DNA of 64,000 nucleotides from the NCBI RefSeq assembly GCF_964355755.1, contig NC_092674.1, positions 28,706,001-28,770,000 on the forward strand. Reading direction: 5' to 3'. A model generated the notes under the pieces. That model did no database searches. It was not told the origin of the DNA and saw only the letters and a program-made list of their open reading frames with translations. The DNA is from Antedon mediterranea. Lineage: Eukaryota > Animalia > Echinodermata. Both the position numbers and the translations under genes were made by a program. This document shows positions 50,366-63,506 of this stretch, piece by piece (position 1 is the first letter of the stretch; every line of letters starts with the position of its first letter).

Positions 50366-53300
50366 ATGGGTCAAACTTTGTCAGAGCCGGTAACGGTTAA
50401 GGAAACATCGTCTTGTGAAAATAGTTTTTTTAAAGTTGGATCATCCTGTATGCAGGGATGGCGTATCAGTATCCTTGTTGTTTGAATGAAATTAATATTT
50501 GTTATTATATTATTAAATTATATTACTTACGGTTAGAATCCCAAGAGTAAACATTCGGGATCAATCAAAATGTCCCTTGATGCTTGGTTCACACTAGAGA
50601 ACAAAATGCAAGCGTGTTGACCAATGACAAGTGACAGTTAGAATAATCTATCGCTTGTGATTGGTCAAATTACTTGCATTGCACTTACATTCTTGCATGG
50701 TGTCTTAGTGGGAACCAAGCATTAATATGTTATGGACAGGGTTGGCCTTAGTTTTAAAAACTTATTCTGTATTTCCCCTTGTTCAGTTCATAAGAAATGT
50801 CCTCCCCCCCCCCCTCCCTGGGTGTCCCCACACCCTGAATATAAGTGCCCCACAGTGTTTATCATGATATGTTTGTATAACTTATAACAATTCATTTATT
50901 TTTCTTTTATTTTGCTATATTGTCCATAAAATAAAAGGCCATAGATTTGAAAATATAGCAAATCTAAATTTTTAAATTTAAGATAGTAAATAATATATTC
51001 TAACCTTGAAAAAAAAAAAATCAATTTAATATTGTTTTGACATACCAATCAAGATGTCGGCAACAACTGTGATAATGAAACCCACTGTCATTGATGGCAT
51101 CTTAAAAAGCTATTTATAGACACTCATATTTCAACAGATAATTAAATATTGCCTGTGCACAGTTCTGGGGATGCCTCTTATACAGTAGGTCAAAGGCCAA
51201 TTCATTTGTTGTTGATCAAGTACAGTATTGTGTTTTCATTGATGATTTTTCTTGCGTGTATGTTTGATGGCTCAGCTGTGGCTGCTAGCTAATTTAATTT
51301 GTTTGATATATTTTGACCTAATGTTCATTTTAAATTTTGATGCCTTCCTAAAATAAACATATCATCAACGTAATTACCATTAATGTTGGAATTTTATTTG
51401 AAAACAAACCATAATCATCTCGTTTAAACTCCTTTAATTAAATATTTTATCAAAATTGAATGAAAACTTTTTTATTTTACAACTTTATTAATAGACAAAT
51501 TAATGTTATATTAGCGCTTATTATTAGAAAATCGGATTATTTTTTAATAAATTAGTGTTTGGAAATTTATGCAAATATTTATTTCATTTTTCAAGGAAAA
51601 TTGGCTTTGGTTTCTGGAAAAATGTTTCTGACATAAATGGTTTTTTAAAAGGGGTCTGCATTTTGTTAACTTGTATGCAAAATTGTTTTTTAGAAATTTA
51701 CAGTTATGCCTCTTGTGGTGGTTGTTTAAATTGTTTTCACTCAAAGTGTATGAAATAAATATTTCCTTTACTGAGCTAATTTCACTAGATATGGAAGATG
51801 CCCACACACAGCTACTCTCTCTTGGTGACTCAGAAGGCACCGCGTTCTTTGCAGTGTACGATGGCCACGGGGGTAAGTAGAAACAAGGTGGTGGGGTATG
51901 ACCAAAAAAGGTATTGTACAACTGGAGGCTTAACTCCTAGTCAAAAAGCATCAGAGAGAGACATTTGGATGGCTCCATCTTCAATTGACCCATCAGAAGT
52001 TGTGCCATGGAACTACTCACTACTCAACCTTGCACTGTTGCCACCAAATAATTATCCATTATTTGATACAATTTAATTATATAAATTTTACAACAAAAAT
52101 ATGTTTTATATTGTAAATTGTAGTAATATTTTGGCCAATAAAAATTGAGTATCACCATGGGTGAATAATTCCTTCATGGTATGACTAAGTCATGATGTGA
52201 ACCCAAGACCCTATAATTAGTAAGCAAGTCCATCACTAAGCAAAACAATGGATAGATGTTTTAAATCCCTGAACAGTAGAAACTTACTGGATATTAAATG
52301 TTCAAATCGAAGCAAATTATTTTATGTAAGTTTACATTTATTTAGCAAAAGCATGGATCTTACAAAAGAAAAAGTATTTTCTGTAATTGTAAAACCCTTT
52401 ATAAAGAAGACAAAAGTGCAAGGTGTTGGGTATTGCTAAAAGAAACCTTTTCGAGAACCAGGCAAGAAAAACAAAAGTAAAAAAAAGGTTATTCAGTCAC
52501 GACAAATCACGTAGTAGTTTTCTATTTCACCTCCATTTTGGAAAATCAGACGAAAAAAATAAAAATCCCTACATTAGTAGCGACTAATATAGTTCCTTCA
52601 TGATTTTAATGCACCTTCTCAACCACATACAGTATACCGGTGTTGCAGGGGGTGTGTTTGTATCTCTATGATCAACTGTTTATCTTGTCTAACAAAAGAA
52701 TATTATACAATTGATGATTAATTGTAAAGTAAGCGAGGTCAAAGGTTAAATCTATTGTCAACTTTGTAGTTGATAATAGACGGTACCAATATATTCAATG
52801 TTAGGTTTTATTGATAATAATCTGGGTCGTTGGTCAAGAATTGTCAATTTAGACGGGAGATGTGGGAGATTGCTTTCTTGCCTTTGTAGAATAATCCTCA
52901 AAATATTGTATGAAGAACTGATATTGATATTACTACCGTCTCTCACCTCCCCCAGCGCCTAATGTTATGAAACCTCGCTGAACATTATTACCCCAGTCAT
53001 TTTTGGATCAAACACGTATGGAAACATACTCCCATAATGCAGCTAGTAATCAGCGCAAAGTTGTGTCTTGATCTAACCGGGTACCCACTTATACACCTGC
53101 GTGGAGAGAGGCAAACGTAAGTCAAGTATCTTGCCTAAGGATACAAGCAATGCAGCGACAGTTGAATTCGAACCTCGATCTCGCGATCAGCAGTCGAACG
53201 TCCAACACACTTCGTCACATGCCCTTACAAATAAAAAAATATAAACAGAAATTTCAATAGTGCACTTTGGTTTGGTAAAATACCCACTTAAATGGGCATA

Positions 53301-56300
53301 CATCATTTGGGGTGCTTCACAAAGATTGACCTAGATATGAATTTTGCTCATTCCTTTTTCATTGTCAACAAAAGTGAGTTCAGTTACCTGTAGGGTAGAT
53401 TACCATAGTATGATGAGTTCAATGCATTCAAATACATTTGAGTGATGTGTGCACATTTATCCACCACCTCCTTGATGATGTTGTTACTAGCGATGGTGTT
53501 GCTGCTAGCAACACATATTAATGACCTCTTGACCTTTCCATATCCTATCTTTTAAAGTCAGGTGTCATTCAGATATTAATTACATGATTTGTTGTCATAG
53601 TGACAAGCATCCTCACGATATGTGATTCTTCTACTGTATAGTACTACTAGTCTTAATATGTTATTAACATATATTATTAATATTATTAATATGGTATATA
53701 ATTTTAACAAGAAACAACAGCGAAACACTGAGTTGAATGGATCAAATAATACCTATCGATTTTCGTTTTAACAAGTTCGCAATATAGCGCAATGTGTCTG
53801 TGACACAAATATACCCCTGAAATGGTTTTGGAAGATAAAGTTTAAGTTAAGCAACCAATTTAACAGAATATGTGTGTGTTAAGCCTACTCTCTATCTGAA
53901 TTGTATATGTCATTGCTTGACTACTACTACTGTACAGTGAGCTAGTCAATTTATCTTCATTTCCCAAGCATGGGCTATTAGTAGTAAAACTATGGCTAAC
54001 TAGAGCCCTTAAAATGATGTTGACAAACCTGTATATAGTTGACAATGACAATTATTAAATGATTACATTTGTGTATTTGCTTTTTATAAGATACTGTACT
54101 GTATACATGTATTGTCTTTTTGCGATCCCATCAAATTGAAATTCTTTTATCCAAATTATACTTTCGTGTTATTTTTTCCCGCAACCATATTCATTCCATC
54201 AGCAAATGCCATTAAAAAATGCATTTTATCTTAATAATACCTACGATTCTACTTTAGTATTGTCTTACATACATGATACTGTTTTCTTAGATCAGATCTG
54301 ATCACAAGACACTAATAATATTAAAGTTCTGTTTAATACTTTTGATTCTAGCTATAATTTAAAAAGTATTGTCTTTCAGAAGTGATATTTATGTGTTTAT
54401 GTATCGGATAATGTTAAGATTGTTGTAATGAGTTTGTGTTTAGATAAATTTTACTGATAACGTTTTAATTCTCGGTACAGATGACCTTTCACTGAAATTT
54501 ACGTGGATGTTTAAAAATGCACTTGTTTTTTGTGTGCAACATTTCATTCAGAAGTAGTATACTATTTCAAATCAGTAACTGACCTTTCTGTGTGTAGGTG
54601 GCGTTGGCCACGCTTTTTATTAATGTACTGTACATCTGTGACAATCATTCTTGAATATTTCATGTCTACAAAACATTGCCACCCACTTGTCATAACTTAT
54701 GTTATCTGTTTGTGGTCCTGCAGCTTGGCACATGCTTGTTGTTCATACAACCTGGGATCGATTCCAGAAGTGATCAACTTTAATGTCGATTGGTTTTCAA
54801 CATATATTTTTTTGTATATAATTTTTTTTTTCAAACTTTTATAATACAATACATGAACAAAAAAGGCAACAAAAGACAACTTGCTTACCAATCATAAGAT
54901 CTTGGGTTCTAGTCCACTAATTGCCAAATCAGTGAACTGACATTAACTTTCTCATTGTAAGCACCCCATCAGAACATCCTCAAATCTAGTCAGCAGTTCA
55001 TGAAAACTATACGATGTCGGATAACAGTTACAATTTTTGCGCGGAAAGGATCTGAAAGGTGTCCCAAAGGACTGATGCGGACCGTGTAAATTTACCGGTT
55101 TTAAAAGCCTGGCTAAATCCATACGGACAATCAATCGACCGCAACGTCTTGTAGTCTACGCCCTTGTCTACACTATCAAAATTTATGTGACAAAATATGT
55201 GATGTGCCCATATATGGACATGATGATGTAATATCACTGCCATATTTAGGTTTCACTACCGTATTTGGGTACATCACGCTTTTTTAGTCGAACTAGTTCG
55301 AAAGTGTTGACAGAGCTTTACAAGAAATGGTCTAGAAAACATTGGTTGTCAATTAGCGTGGAAGTATGTCAAAACTAAGTATTAGGTAATTTTATATTTG
55401 TTCTTTATCTTTGTTATCAGGTGCTAAGGTAGCTCAATACGCTGGTGAACACCTACACAACAAGATAGCTAACCAACCCGCATTTAAACGAGGTGATATC
55501 AAAGAAGCGGTCAATACAGCGTTCCTTGCACTCGATGAAGACATGCTTAACGGTGAGACGATTACATGCACAAAGAATCCGAAGCAATAGACCGGAACCA
55601 ACGTATACATTACAAACCTTATGTTTGTTATTGTGTTCTTTGTAGGGTGCCATATAAAAACTTTTATAGAATTAAATAGAATACTATATTAATTTGAACA
55701 CTAAGAAACAATAGTGTTGTGACAACTTGTGTGTGCCACACCAAATTCTGAATTTTATGTAGAAAGTTTGCTGCCATCTAAACTTTATAATATAATATTG
55801 TATGAGTTAGTTGTCATAGTTAATACGGTGTTACCACTACCTTTGTATTAAAATTATTTGAAAATAAATATTATTTTTTAAGATGAAAATATGAAGGATG
55901 AGCTGGCAGGTACGACAGCAATTGTAGTTATACATAAAGATAATAAATTGTATTGTGTAAGTAACATTACTTTATTTTGGAATAATATTATTTATTGTTG
56001 GTATTCCAATGAAAAAGAATGTAGATTTCTGCACTCACTCGCTCCATATTACAAAAAAATTAAATAAAGTGTATGGTTATTAGAAAGATCTGTAATTTTA
56101 ACAGTTTACTTTTTTTATTCATAAAAATTGCATTACTTTCTAAAAAATACAGTCTCATTGTAAGTACTGAAACGTGTACTTACTTTAAAAGTGATTAGGT
56201 TTTGATTCATTTGCTAACTTTTTTTGCAGGCAAATGTAGGCGATTCAAGGGCTTTATCCAGCGTTTGTGGTAGGGTTCAGAATCTATCTTACGATCACAA

Positions 56301-57815
56301 ACCTGGTAACGAAGAAGAATGCAAAAGGATCACAGCAGCTGGGGGATGGGTTGAATTTAACAGAGTTAATGGTATGTCATTGTACAGAATCTTTAAATTA
56401 TAATGTAAATGTGGGGGGGGGGGGGGGGGTGGGAATAACCGGCAACTTGCAGCCTACTGGGCTGAATTGCGCACAGGTGTGGACAACACATACCACAACT
56501 TTCTACTCTGCTAAAGGTCCCTTCGTGTCGAGTGCTGCCACTAAACGGTGCCTTTTCGTCTGTCCACAATGACAGCTGCATGGACCAGTTTCAAGTCCTT
56601 ATCTGAGAAGACTTGTTCTACCACCAGAACAATGGTCGAGGAATGCCTTGAACCTGTGCTGATTGTATAGCTATGGTTTGCGCCCCAGCCTAACCATTCG
56701 ACGACTCAAAACGACTAATACGTATTCATTTAGGATTTGTAAGGAAATGTATGGATATGTATAATGTCTTTGACCCCAACACGTGTCACTGACCAAATTC
56801 CACGATTGCATCATTCGGCCTGATGATACACACTGGATAGGTCACGAAACGTCGCTTTTTATTTCTTTCTAAACGTTGCTTTTTATCTCTCTCTAAACGC
56901 CGCTTTTTATCTCTTCTAAACGTAAGGAAATGTAGTTGTGAATATTGATCTGTTTATGTTTTTTTTTTGTACAGGAAATCTTGCATTATCAAGAGCACTT
57001 GGTGATTTTGTGTTTAAGAAAAATGAAAACAAAAAAGCAGATGAACAGATAGTCATAGGTAACAAACAAACATTTTGTTTATTAAAGGACAACTCTTTCG
57101 TTTTGATATGTTTTCTATCTCTCAAATTTCCTGTCGGTCCGCTTTCGCATTGTTTCTTTTTTTTTTAGCGGTACCAGATGTAATAGAAGCGGAAGTAACA
57201 CAAGACCACGAATTTGTAATATTAGCATGTGACGGAATCTGGGACGTATTGACCAATGAGGAAGTGGTAGAGTTTGTCCGATCACGGATAGCAATGAAAA
57301 TTGAACCAGACAAAGTAAGCTCCCTTTTTATTACAAAATCTTGATTCAAATAAATAAAAAAACAAGATACTATTGCTTTATAGGGTCTTTCACACCAGTT
57401 ACGGCACGGTTCCGGTCCAGCGCCGGAAAATCAAATCAAACGTCAATGTTTCGTTTCCATGACGCTCCACGTAACTATTCACCAAGTTGATTTGCGGTGG
57501 CCGGACCGGAACCGTGCCAGACCAGGTGTGAAAGACCATTTACAGTACCATCCAAAAAACATCCACCCTTGCATGTGTACTGTGTCAATATTCTGCAAGG
57601 TTTCAATTATATAATACTTCTGATTTTGTCTACAGATATGTGAAGATTTAATGACCAGATGTCTAGCTCCAGATTGTCAAATGGGCGGCCTAGGCTGTGA
57701 TAATATGACTGTAGTTCTTGCATGCTTCCTACAGGGGAAATCTTACGAAGACTTAGCATTACGCTGTTCAACACCGGTGCAACAAGCTACGTCAGATGGT
57801 AGTGCTAATCTCTGA
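50366..57815 (+). CDS. PPM/PP2C protein phosphatase of the yeast Ptc2/3, C. elegans T23F11.1 type, 8 coding exons
   Basis: Exons 50366-50468, 51789-51872, 55421-55552, 55883-55956, 56230-56371, 56975-57058, 57169-57314 and 57636-57815. Motifs MGQTLSEPVT (Gly2 myristoylation-type), MQGWRINMEDAH, VYDGHGG, ANVGDSR, DHKP, RVNGNLALSRALGD, ACDGIWD, GCDNMT. Probable non-coding first exon ends at 48857. Confidence 0.95.
50469..51788 (+). other. U12-type (minor spliceosome) GT-AG intron
   Basis: Donor GTATCCTTG; branch site TTTCCTTTAC at 51762-51771, ~18 nt before TAG; no polypyrimidine tract; the phase-1 join gives WRI-N-MEDAH. Confidence 0.85.
50581..50721. mobile_element. Family-C MITE; other decayed copies at ~15909-16003, ~18412-18520 and ~41964-42075
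   Basis: GCTTGGTTCACACTAG...TAGTGGGAACCAAGC. Confidence 0.75.
52950..53225 (-). mobile_element. tRNA-derived SINE with conserved central domain (Nin/Deu-like)
   Basis: Minus strand: B box GGTTCGAATTC, then TGTATCCTTAGGCAAGATACTT...CTCTCCACGCAGGTGTATAAGTGGGTACCCGG, ending in an L2-like AGCG...GGCGCT tail. Confidence 0.65.
55160..55317. mobile_element. Family-A MITE; further copies at ~22066-22170, ~58490-58514 and ~59600-59711
   Basis: TGTCTACACTATCAAA...AGTGTTGACAGAGCT-TTA. Confidence 0.8.
56430..56710 (-). mobile_element. tRNA-derived SINE (same family as 16930-17110)
   Basis: GTCGTCGAATGGTTAGG...GCAAACCATAGC...CAGGTTCAAGGC...GGTGGTAGAACAAGTCTTCT. Confidence 0.6.
57382..57539. mobile_element. 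Harbinger-like MITE; truncated relative at 58092-58162
   Basis: GGTCTTTCACACC...GGCACGGTTCCGGTCC / GGACCGGAACCGTGCC...GGTGTGAAAGACC. Confidence 0.75.
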
Positions 57816-60439
57816 GTACCAAAATGGAATGTGGTAGGTTGTCTTCTTCTGGTGTATGTGTCTTTGAATGTTAACTTGTTATCATCTCCAGTGGCCGTAT
57901 TCACCAATCACACAGTGAGATATTTGCCCTTAAATATTAAGTATTTCATATTACTCAATAAATATATAAGTATTTCCCTTAAGTTTTAAGTGTTTCGCTT
58001 TAATCAATAGATATTTAAGTATTTCCATTAAATTGTATTCACTTAGATAGGAGATTTTTCTTAATTTTAAGGGTTTAAAGTGCTTCCCTAAAGGGTCTTT
58101 CACACCTCTTCCGGTCCGGCGCCAGCAAATCCAATCGAACGTCAATGTTTTGTTTTTACGTGGCTAGGTGCATATTGGCAATTTCAGACTTTAAAGCCCA
58201 ACTCACATTTGATCTCAAAATATTAAGTTGTAATTGTTTATATTGTTTATTCAATGCAGCTTATTTTTAATTGGTGTATCTCATTATAACTTTTGTTTTG
58301 TTTTTACTTAATTTGTGTTACTTAGTTTTGTTATTTTAGTATTTTATAAGTAATGATGGAGTAAGAGGTCAGTTTTCTGTTTGGGCTCATGCCTATTACT
58401 TGCTCCTGGCAAGATGAATTGTGAAATGTACTTTTATAAACTTTTTGCCGAATAAATATTATTATTATTATTATATGTGGGCACACCATACATTTTTATA
58501 GTGTAGACAGAGCTTTTGATGCAGAAAGTTGTATTTGATCAATAAAAATTAACAACTTTACTGTAAATATGTTTTTGCTTGCAGTACGACCTTGATCTGT
58601 GGCTTCCTAAAATGGCTTCTTCAGACCAAAGATAAACTCTCATCAGAACATCAATCATCAAGGAGCTACAACCACAAAACACCAGTGCTGACATCTACAA
58701 ACATCAACAACAGACTCAAACCTTAGTTATTTTGTTTATACTAGGACGACAAGCATCCTTGATTTTAATTACACTAACGAAATACAGTAACAATCAGCAC
58801 TAGAATTAAAAACCTCGTCAAATTGTATATTAAGATATGTCTATATTCTGATAAAGTTAGTGTAATTTTTGCAAAGAATTTTGTATGGAGTATATTACTC
58901 TCTCATATCACCACATACTTCATCAATATTGTTTAACCATTCTTAAATGTGCGATCGTGTTATTAATTGGGAAGCAAAAGTTGTTTCAAATAATTGTAAA
59001 TTTACATGTCTTTATTCCTAAGTATTTAGTGTACAGATATTTTGTCTTTCCCCATCCCCGCTACCCCCTTTGTCGTGTGATATATATTAGTTGACATTTA
59101 TTGGTTTTTCCTGGTCGGATGGTTGTACAGTTAAGTGTATTTGTTGTTTATTTACCTGTTTTTGAAATCTTTTTGGTCCTCAACCAGAAAGGCCATCAAT
59201 CCAAAAATATCGAAATGAGTGAAATCCGATCAAATCCAATCAAAGTGGTGTCCATTACTGTAGATTTGACGTAATATTTTGACCCAACACAACTTGTTTG
59301 TGACGCATCCATTACAAAATTGGAGTTATTATACGATTTTTTAAACAATATTTTATATTAGAGAAATTGTACAACAAATTGTACAAACTATAATGTGTAT
59401 CTTAAAGCTTTGTTGAATATTCATTTAATTAAGTTTAAATTGTTGAGTATATTGTTTTGACAGGGAAGACATTTTTTTCTGCTTGGTACAATAATATTAC
59501 TGACAAAGTATTTGTGGAAATTCTATAAACAAAATTGATTGGAAAAAAAAAATTGTGGACATGTTCAAACTGCAACTAATACAAAAACATCTCATTTGAT
59601 AATAGATGTGCCCATATATATGGACATGATGATGTCATAGCACTACCATATATGGGCATATCACTACCATATTTAGGCACATCGCACTAGTTTGATAGTG
59701 TAGACAGAGCTTAATACATATATTTTGTGGACTAGTACAAATTAAGTTAAGGGTTCAAATCCAGAGTACTAGGATTTTCTTTAAAATAGGAAAAGTAAAA
59801 TTGACAGTTGGACGTGGTTAAGATAATCTTAAAAATGTTGAGCCAACTTCCAAAACTGTGCGTGTTACCATTTAGGATTCAGTGTCCTATGAAATATGGT
59901 GCTGGGTTCCGACTTGCCCAAATGTCTTCTGGGGGGTCAGTTTGTGACAAATCCCTGCCCTTTCTGTTATTCTATATGACCAGATGTTGGTGTTCTCAAC
60001 ACGTTCGATTAGAAGAAGCTATCTAAAAAATAGTTTAATTACAATATCTAGTGAAGGGACATGTTCATACATCATTTAGGGAGGGTATGTAGATACTGGG
60101 ATCTAGAGTACATGAATATTTAATATGTTTCGTACCTTCCATAATATCCTGCTACTCTCGTACGAAAACAAACAAAAGTTGGGGGAGGAGTACATGTGTG
60201 AATCCATATCAATATGAAGTTTTAATTTTATCTTTGGTTTTTTTTTCATACGCATCCAACAGCGAGCACACACTCGTCAATTACAGGATGTATAATTGAT
60301 TGTGCTTATAATTTATTTCTGAAAATGTTTTAATTTATGCCAAGGGAAGTTCATTTGATTTCAAATTGAAAACAAAAGTAATAATTGTGAGTTTTATTAT
60401 GAAGATGAAAATATGTAAAATAATAAAGTATAGAGATAT

Positions 60440-60498
60440 GGGTATTCCCATCAGTCTGGGTATTCCCCATCAGTCTGGGTATTCCCATCAGTCCGGGT
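60440..60498 (+). repeat. Short tandem repeat GGGTATTCCC(C)ATCAGTCT x3
   Basis: Directly visible. Confidence 0.85.
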
Positions 60499-60699
60499 TT
60501 GTTTTTCCTCAGCAGCCCCCCCCCCCTTCTTCCCTCATTTCGTCACTCTATACTCTGTAATTCCGTCCTTTTAAAATTACTTTTTGTGTGGTGTTCGCAT
60601 TGTAAAAAAATGACACAAATTTATGAAATATTATTATGTAAACAAAAATGTTAATTTTACGGTAACACAATCGGAGTTTAAAACGCATATACATATATA

Positions 60700-62017
60700 A
60701 GCAGCACTATTGCGTCGTCGGTTCCCACTAGTGATTACGCAATTCAACACTTTGCGTCAATATGTCGCTACGTTGAGTTGCGTCGTAAAGCTTGGGTTCC
60801 ACTAGCGACGCAACCTACGCAACGTAAGAAAATTCCCTTCCAATAATTGTGTTTTCCCCCCGCCTCGGTGACATCAAACCTGCGATGTTCGCAGCACAGT
60901 TGCGTCGTCGGTTCCCACTTGTGATTACGCAATACAGCACTGCGTTGCTGCGTTCTAGTGGGAACCAAGCTTAAGTGGGAACTAAAGCTTTGTGTTTTTA
61001 CATTCTACAAACTTTTCATCTTTTCAATTTCTCTCGATTTTCACGATGTTTCGGTATCTAAGTAATAATTGTTATTCCTCCTCTAGTGATCATTAATCAG
61101 TTTAATATATCATTTAAAACTGAAATTAAATATAAATAATAATTATGTTTTGTTTACAGGGTATTTATTATTGTTTCAATATGAAGATATTTTTTTATTT
61201 ATTTTGTCAACAATTTGAAGTAGACCTATTTGTGAATATAGTAATTTATAGTGACGTAACACAACGTAAGGGATTTGACCAATCACAAGCGATGAATTAT
61301 TATTATTGGATTCCCACTAGAACGCAACGCAGCGACGTATTAACGCAATGTGCTGTATTGCATATTCACAAGATGGAACCGATGACGCAAAAATGCTGCA
61401 AACTTAGCAGGTTTGATTTCACGCAGGCGGGGGCAAACACAATTATAAAGCTTGGTTCCCACTAGAACGTAACGCAAGGACGTAAACGCAACGCAAGCGT
61501 TTTAACCAATGACAAGCGAAGTTATAGACAGTTAGCAATCACAAGCGAATAAGCCATCGCTTATGATTGGTCAATTCACTTGCGTTGCGTTACGTCCTTG
61601 CGTTGCGTCGCTAGTGGGAACCACGCTTTAGGAAGGGCATTTGCTTTCGTTGCGTTACGTTGCGTCGCTAGTGGGAACCAAGCTTAAAGCGTGGTTCCCA
61701 CTAGCGACGCAACACAAGGACGTAACGCAACGCAAGTGAATTGACCAATCACAAGCGATGGCTTATTCGCTTGTGATTGCTAACTGTCTATAACTTCGCT
61801 TGTCATAAGTTAAAACGCTTGCGTTGCGTTTACGTCCTTGCGTTACGTTCTAGTGGGAACCAAGCTTAAAGCTTGATTCCGACTAGGACGCAACGCAAAG
61901 AGGAGGTAGACGCAACGCAAAGACGTAGACGCAACGCTAAGACGTAGCAATCACAAGCAATCAACACGCTTGCGTTGCATTTACGTCCCTGCGTTGCGTC
62001 CTAGTGGAAACCAAGCT
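60700..62017. mobile_element. Cluster of nested and abutting family-B and family-C MITEs
   Basis: Partial B 60700-60787, B 60789-60971, partial C ~61250-61295, B 61307-61684 interrupted by C 61449-61627, then C 61688-61866 and a C-like copy 61870-62017, joined through single TAA triplets. Confidence 0.88.
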
Positions 62018-63506
62018 TATAACTTTTAATTTACGTTGTCTCAGATAAAGATATCATTTACACTAAATAATGACAAATTATTGACGAACCATCACGATCA
62101 AATACTGTAGGCCTACTTCAATTGAATTTAGAAATGAAGAAACGATTTTATTGATTCGTCAGTTTTCCCTTCGTCGTTTCGAAAGCATCTGATTCCGATC
62201 ATATAGAGATATTATATGGTGAACTATAATATCTCTATGATCGGATGTATTGCTCATAATGAAAAATGAAAGATTATAAAATCAGACTATGAATAGGCCA
62301 TTTTGCAGTTTTAATAGTTATTCACTTCCGCAGAAAAAAAAAATGATTTCACCAAAAAAAGACAAAATAAATAGTTAAATTTAACCAAAACCATTTAATT
62401 GATTTAATTTGACGATTTTACCCTTTAAATTACAGTTTTTCAGGTATATAATATTGGTCGATCTAATTTTTTTTAAAGTGACATTATAATAGCATATTCA
62501 ACAATTTTTTGAATTTTTCAGGAGGGGTCATAAAATCTTTCAATATAATTTTCGCTGAAATTTAAAATATTTCGTCAAAACGTTGATCCACAACTTGTTT
62601 GTCATTCATTTTTATTAATTATTTAATTAAGAAATTCATATTTGTATAGCATTGGGATAGCTATACAGGTATTATGTGGCGTAGGATGTGCACGTACGAG
62701 AACTTTGCCGCATGCAATTTTGGGGTCTGATTACAATCTGCAGCAGACAACAAGCGAACAACATACAGTATATCAAAAATACAATAATTAATGAAATACT
62801 GTAATATTGTTTATTTTTATTATTAAAAATCACAAAAAAATATATTATACATAACCATATATTTATTACTTGAATTAAGTTGAATACAAAACATTTTGAA
62901 TTAATTTATGAACATGTTATGTATAACCTTAGCAGCAGACGACCAAATTGACCTTGTGTGACCCCAGCCATGCAGTACAACGTGGAATAAACCGGAACAA
63001 CATAAACATATGGAACTCCTCTTGCTGAGTTAGTACACTTAATTTTATTTACTGTTTATTGTGTTTAGCCTATACATATCTCAGTGTAATAATAGTATAT
63101 AAAATTTAGTTGTTTAGGTCAGTTGCTGATATCCATATTATGGTTTAGAGATACGTTAAAATTCATACATGAAAGGCTAGGCTAGGCCATGGAGTACTTT
63201 ACTCCATATGGCTAGGCTTACCTAAAATAGCTTATCATCAGTGTGGGCCTGTGCTGTGTGTGGTGTGCCATACCTCCGGAGTCGGGACTGGGCCAGCAGC
63301 AGCTAGGAGAAGGCTTAGCTTCCAGGAAATCAGTGACTAGTCTCTACTAATACGATTCAGTTTATGGTGGTGTGTAAAAAACTATAAAATAAAAAGGAAG
63401 GTATTTCCACAACATACCTCCTGCCTATAAAAACTAAAAAAATGTAAAGTATATATACGGACCCTATATATATTATATTATAAAGTATGTTATCATGTTC
63501 ATAGTT

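Noticed and set aside
53405-53520. Intronic C/D-box snoRNA candidate (ATGATGA)
   Set aside because: No suitably placed CTGA D box or terminal stem was found
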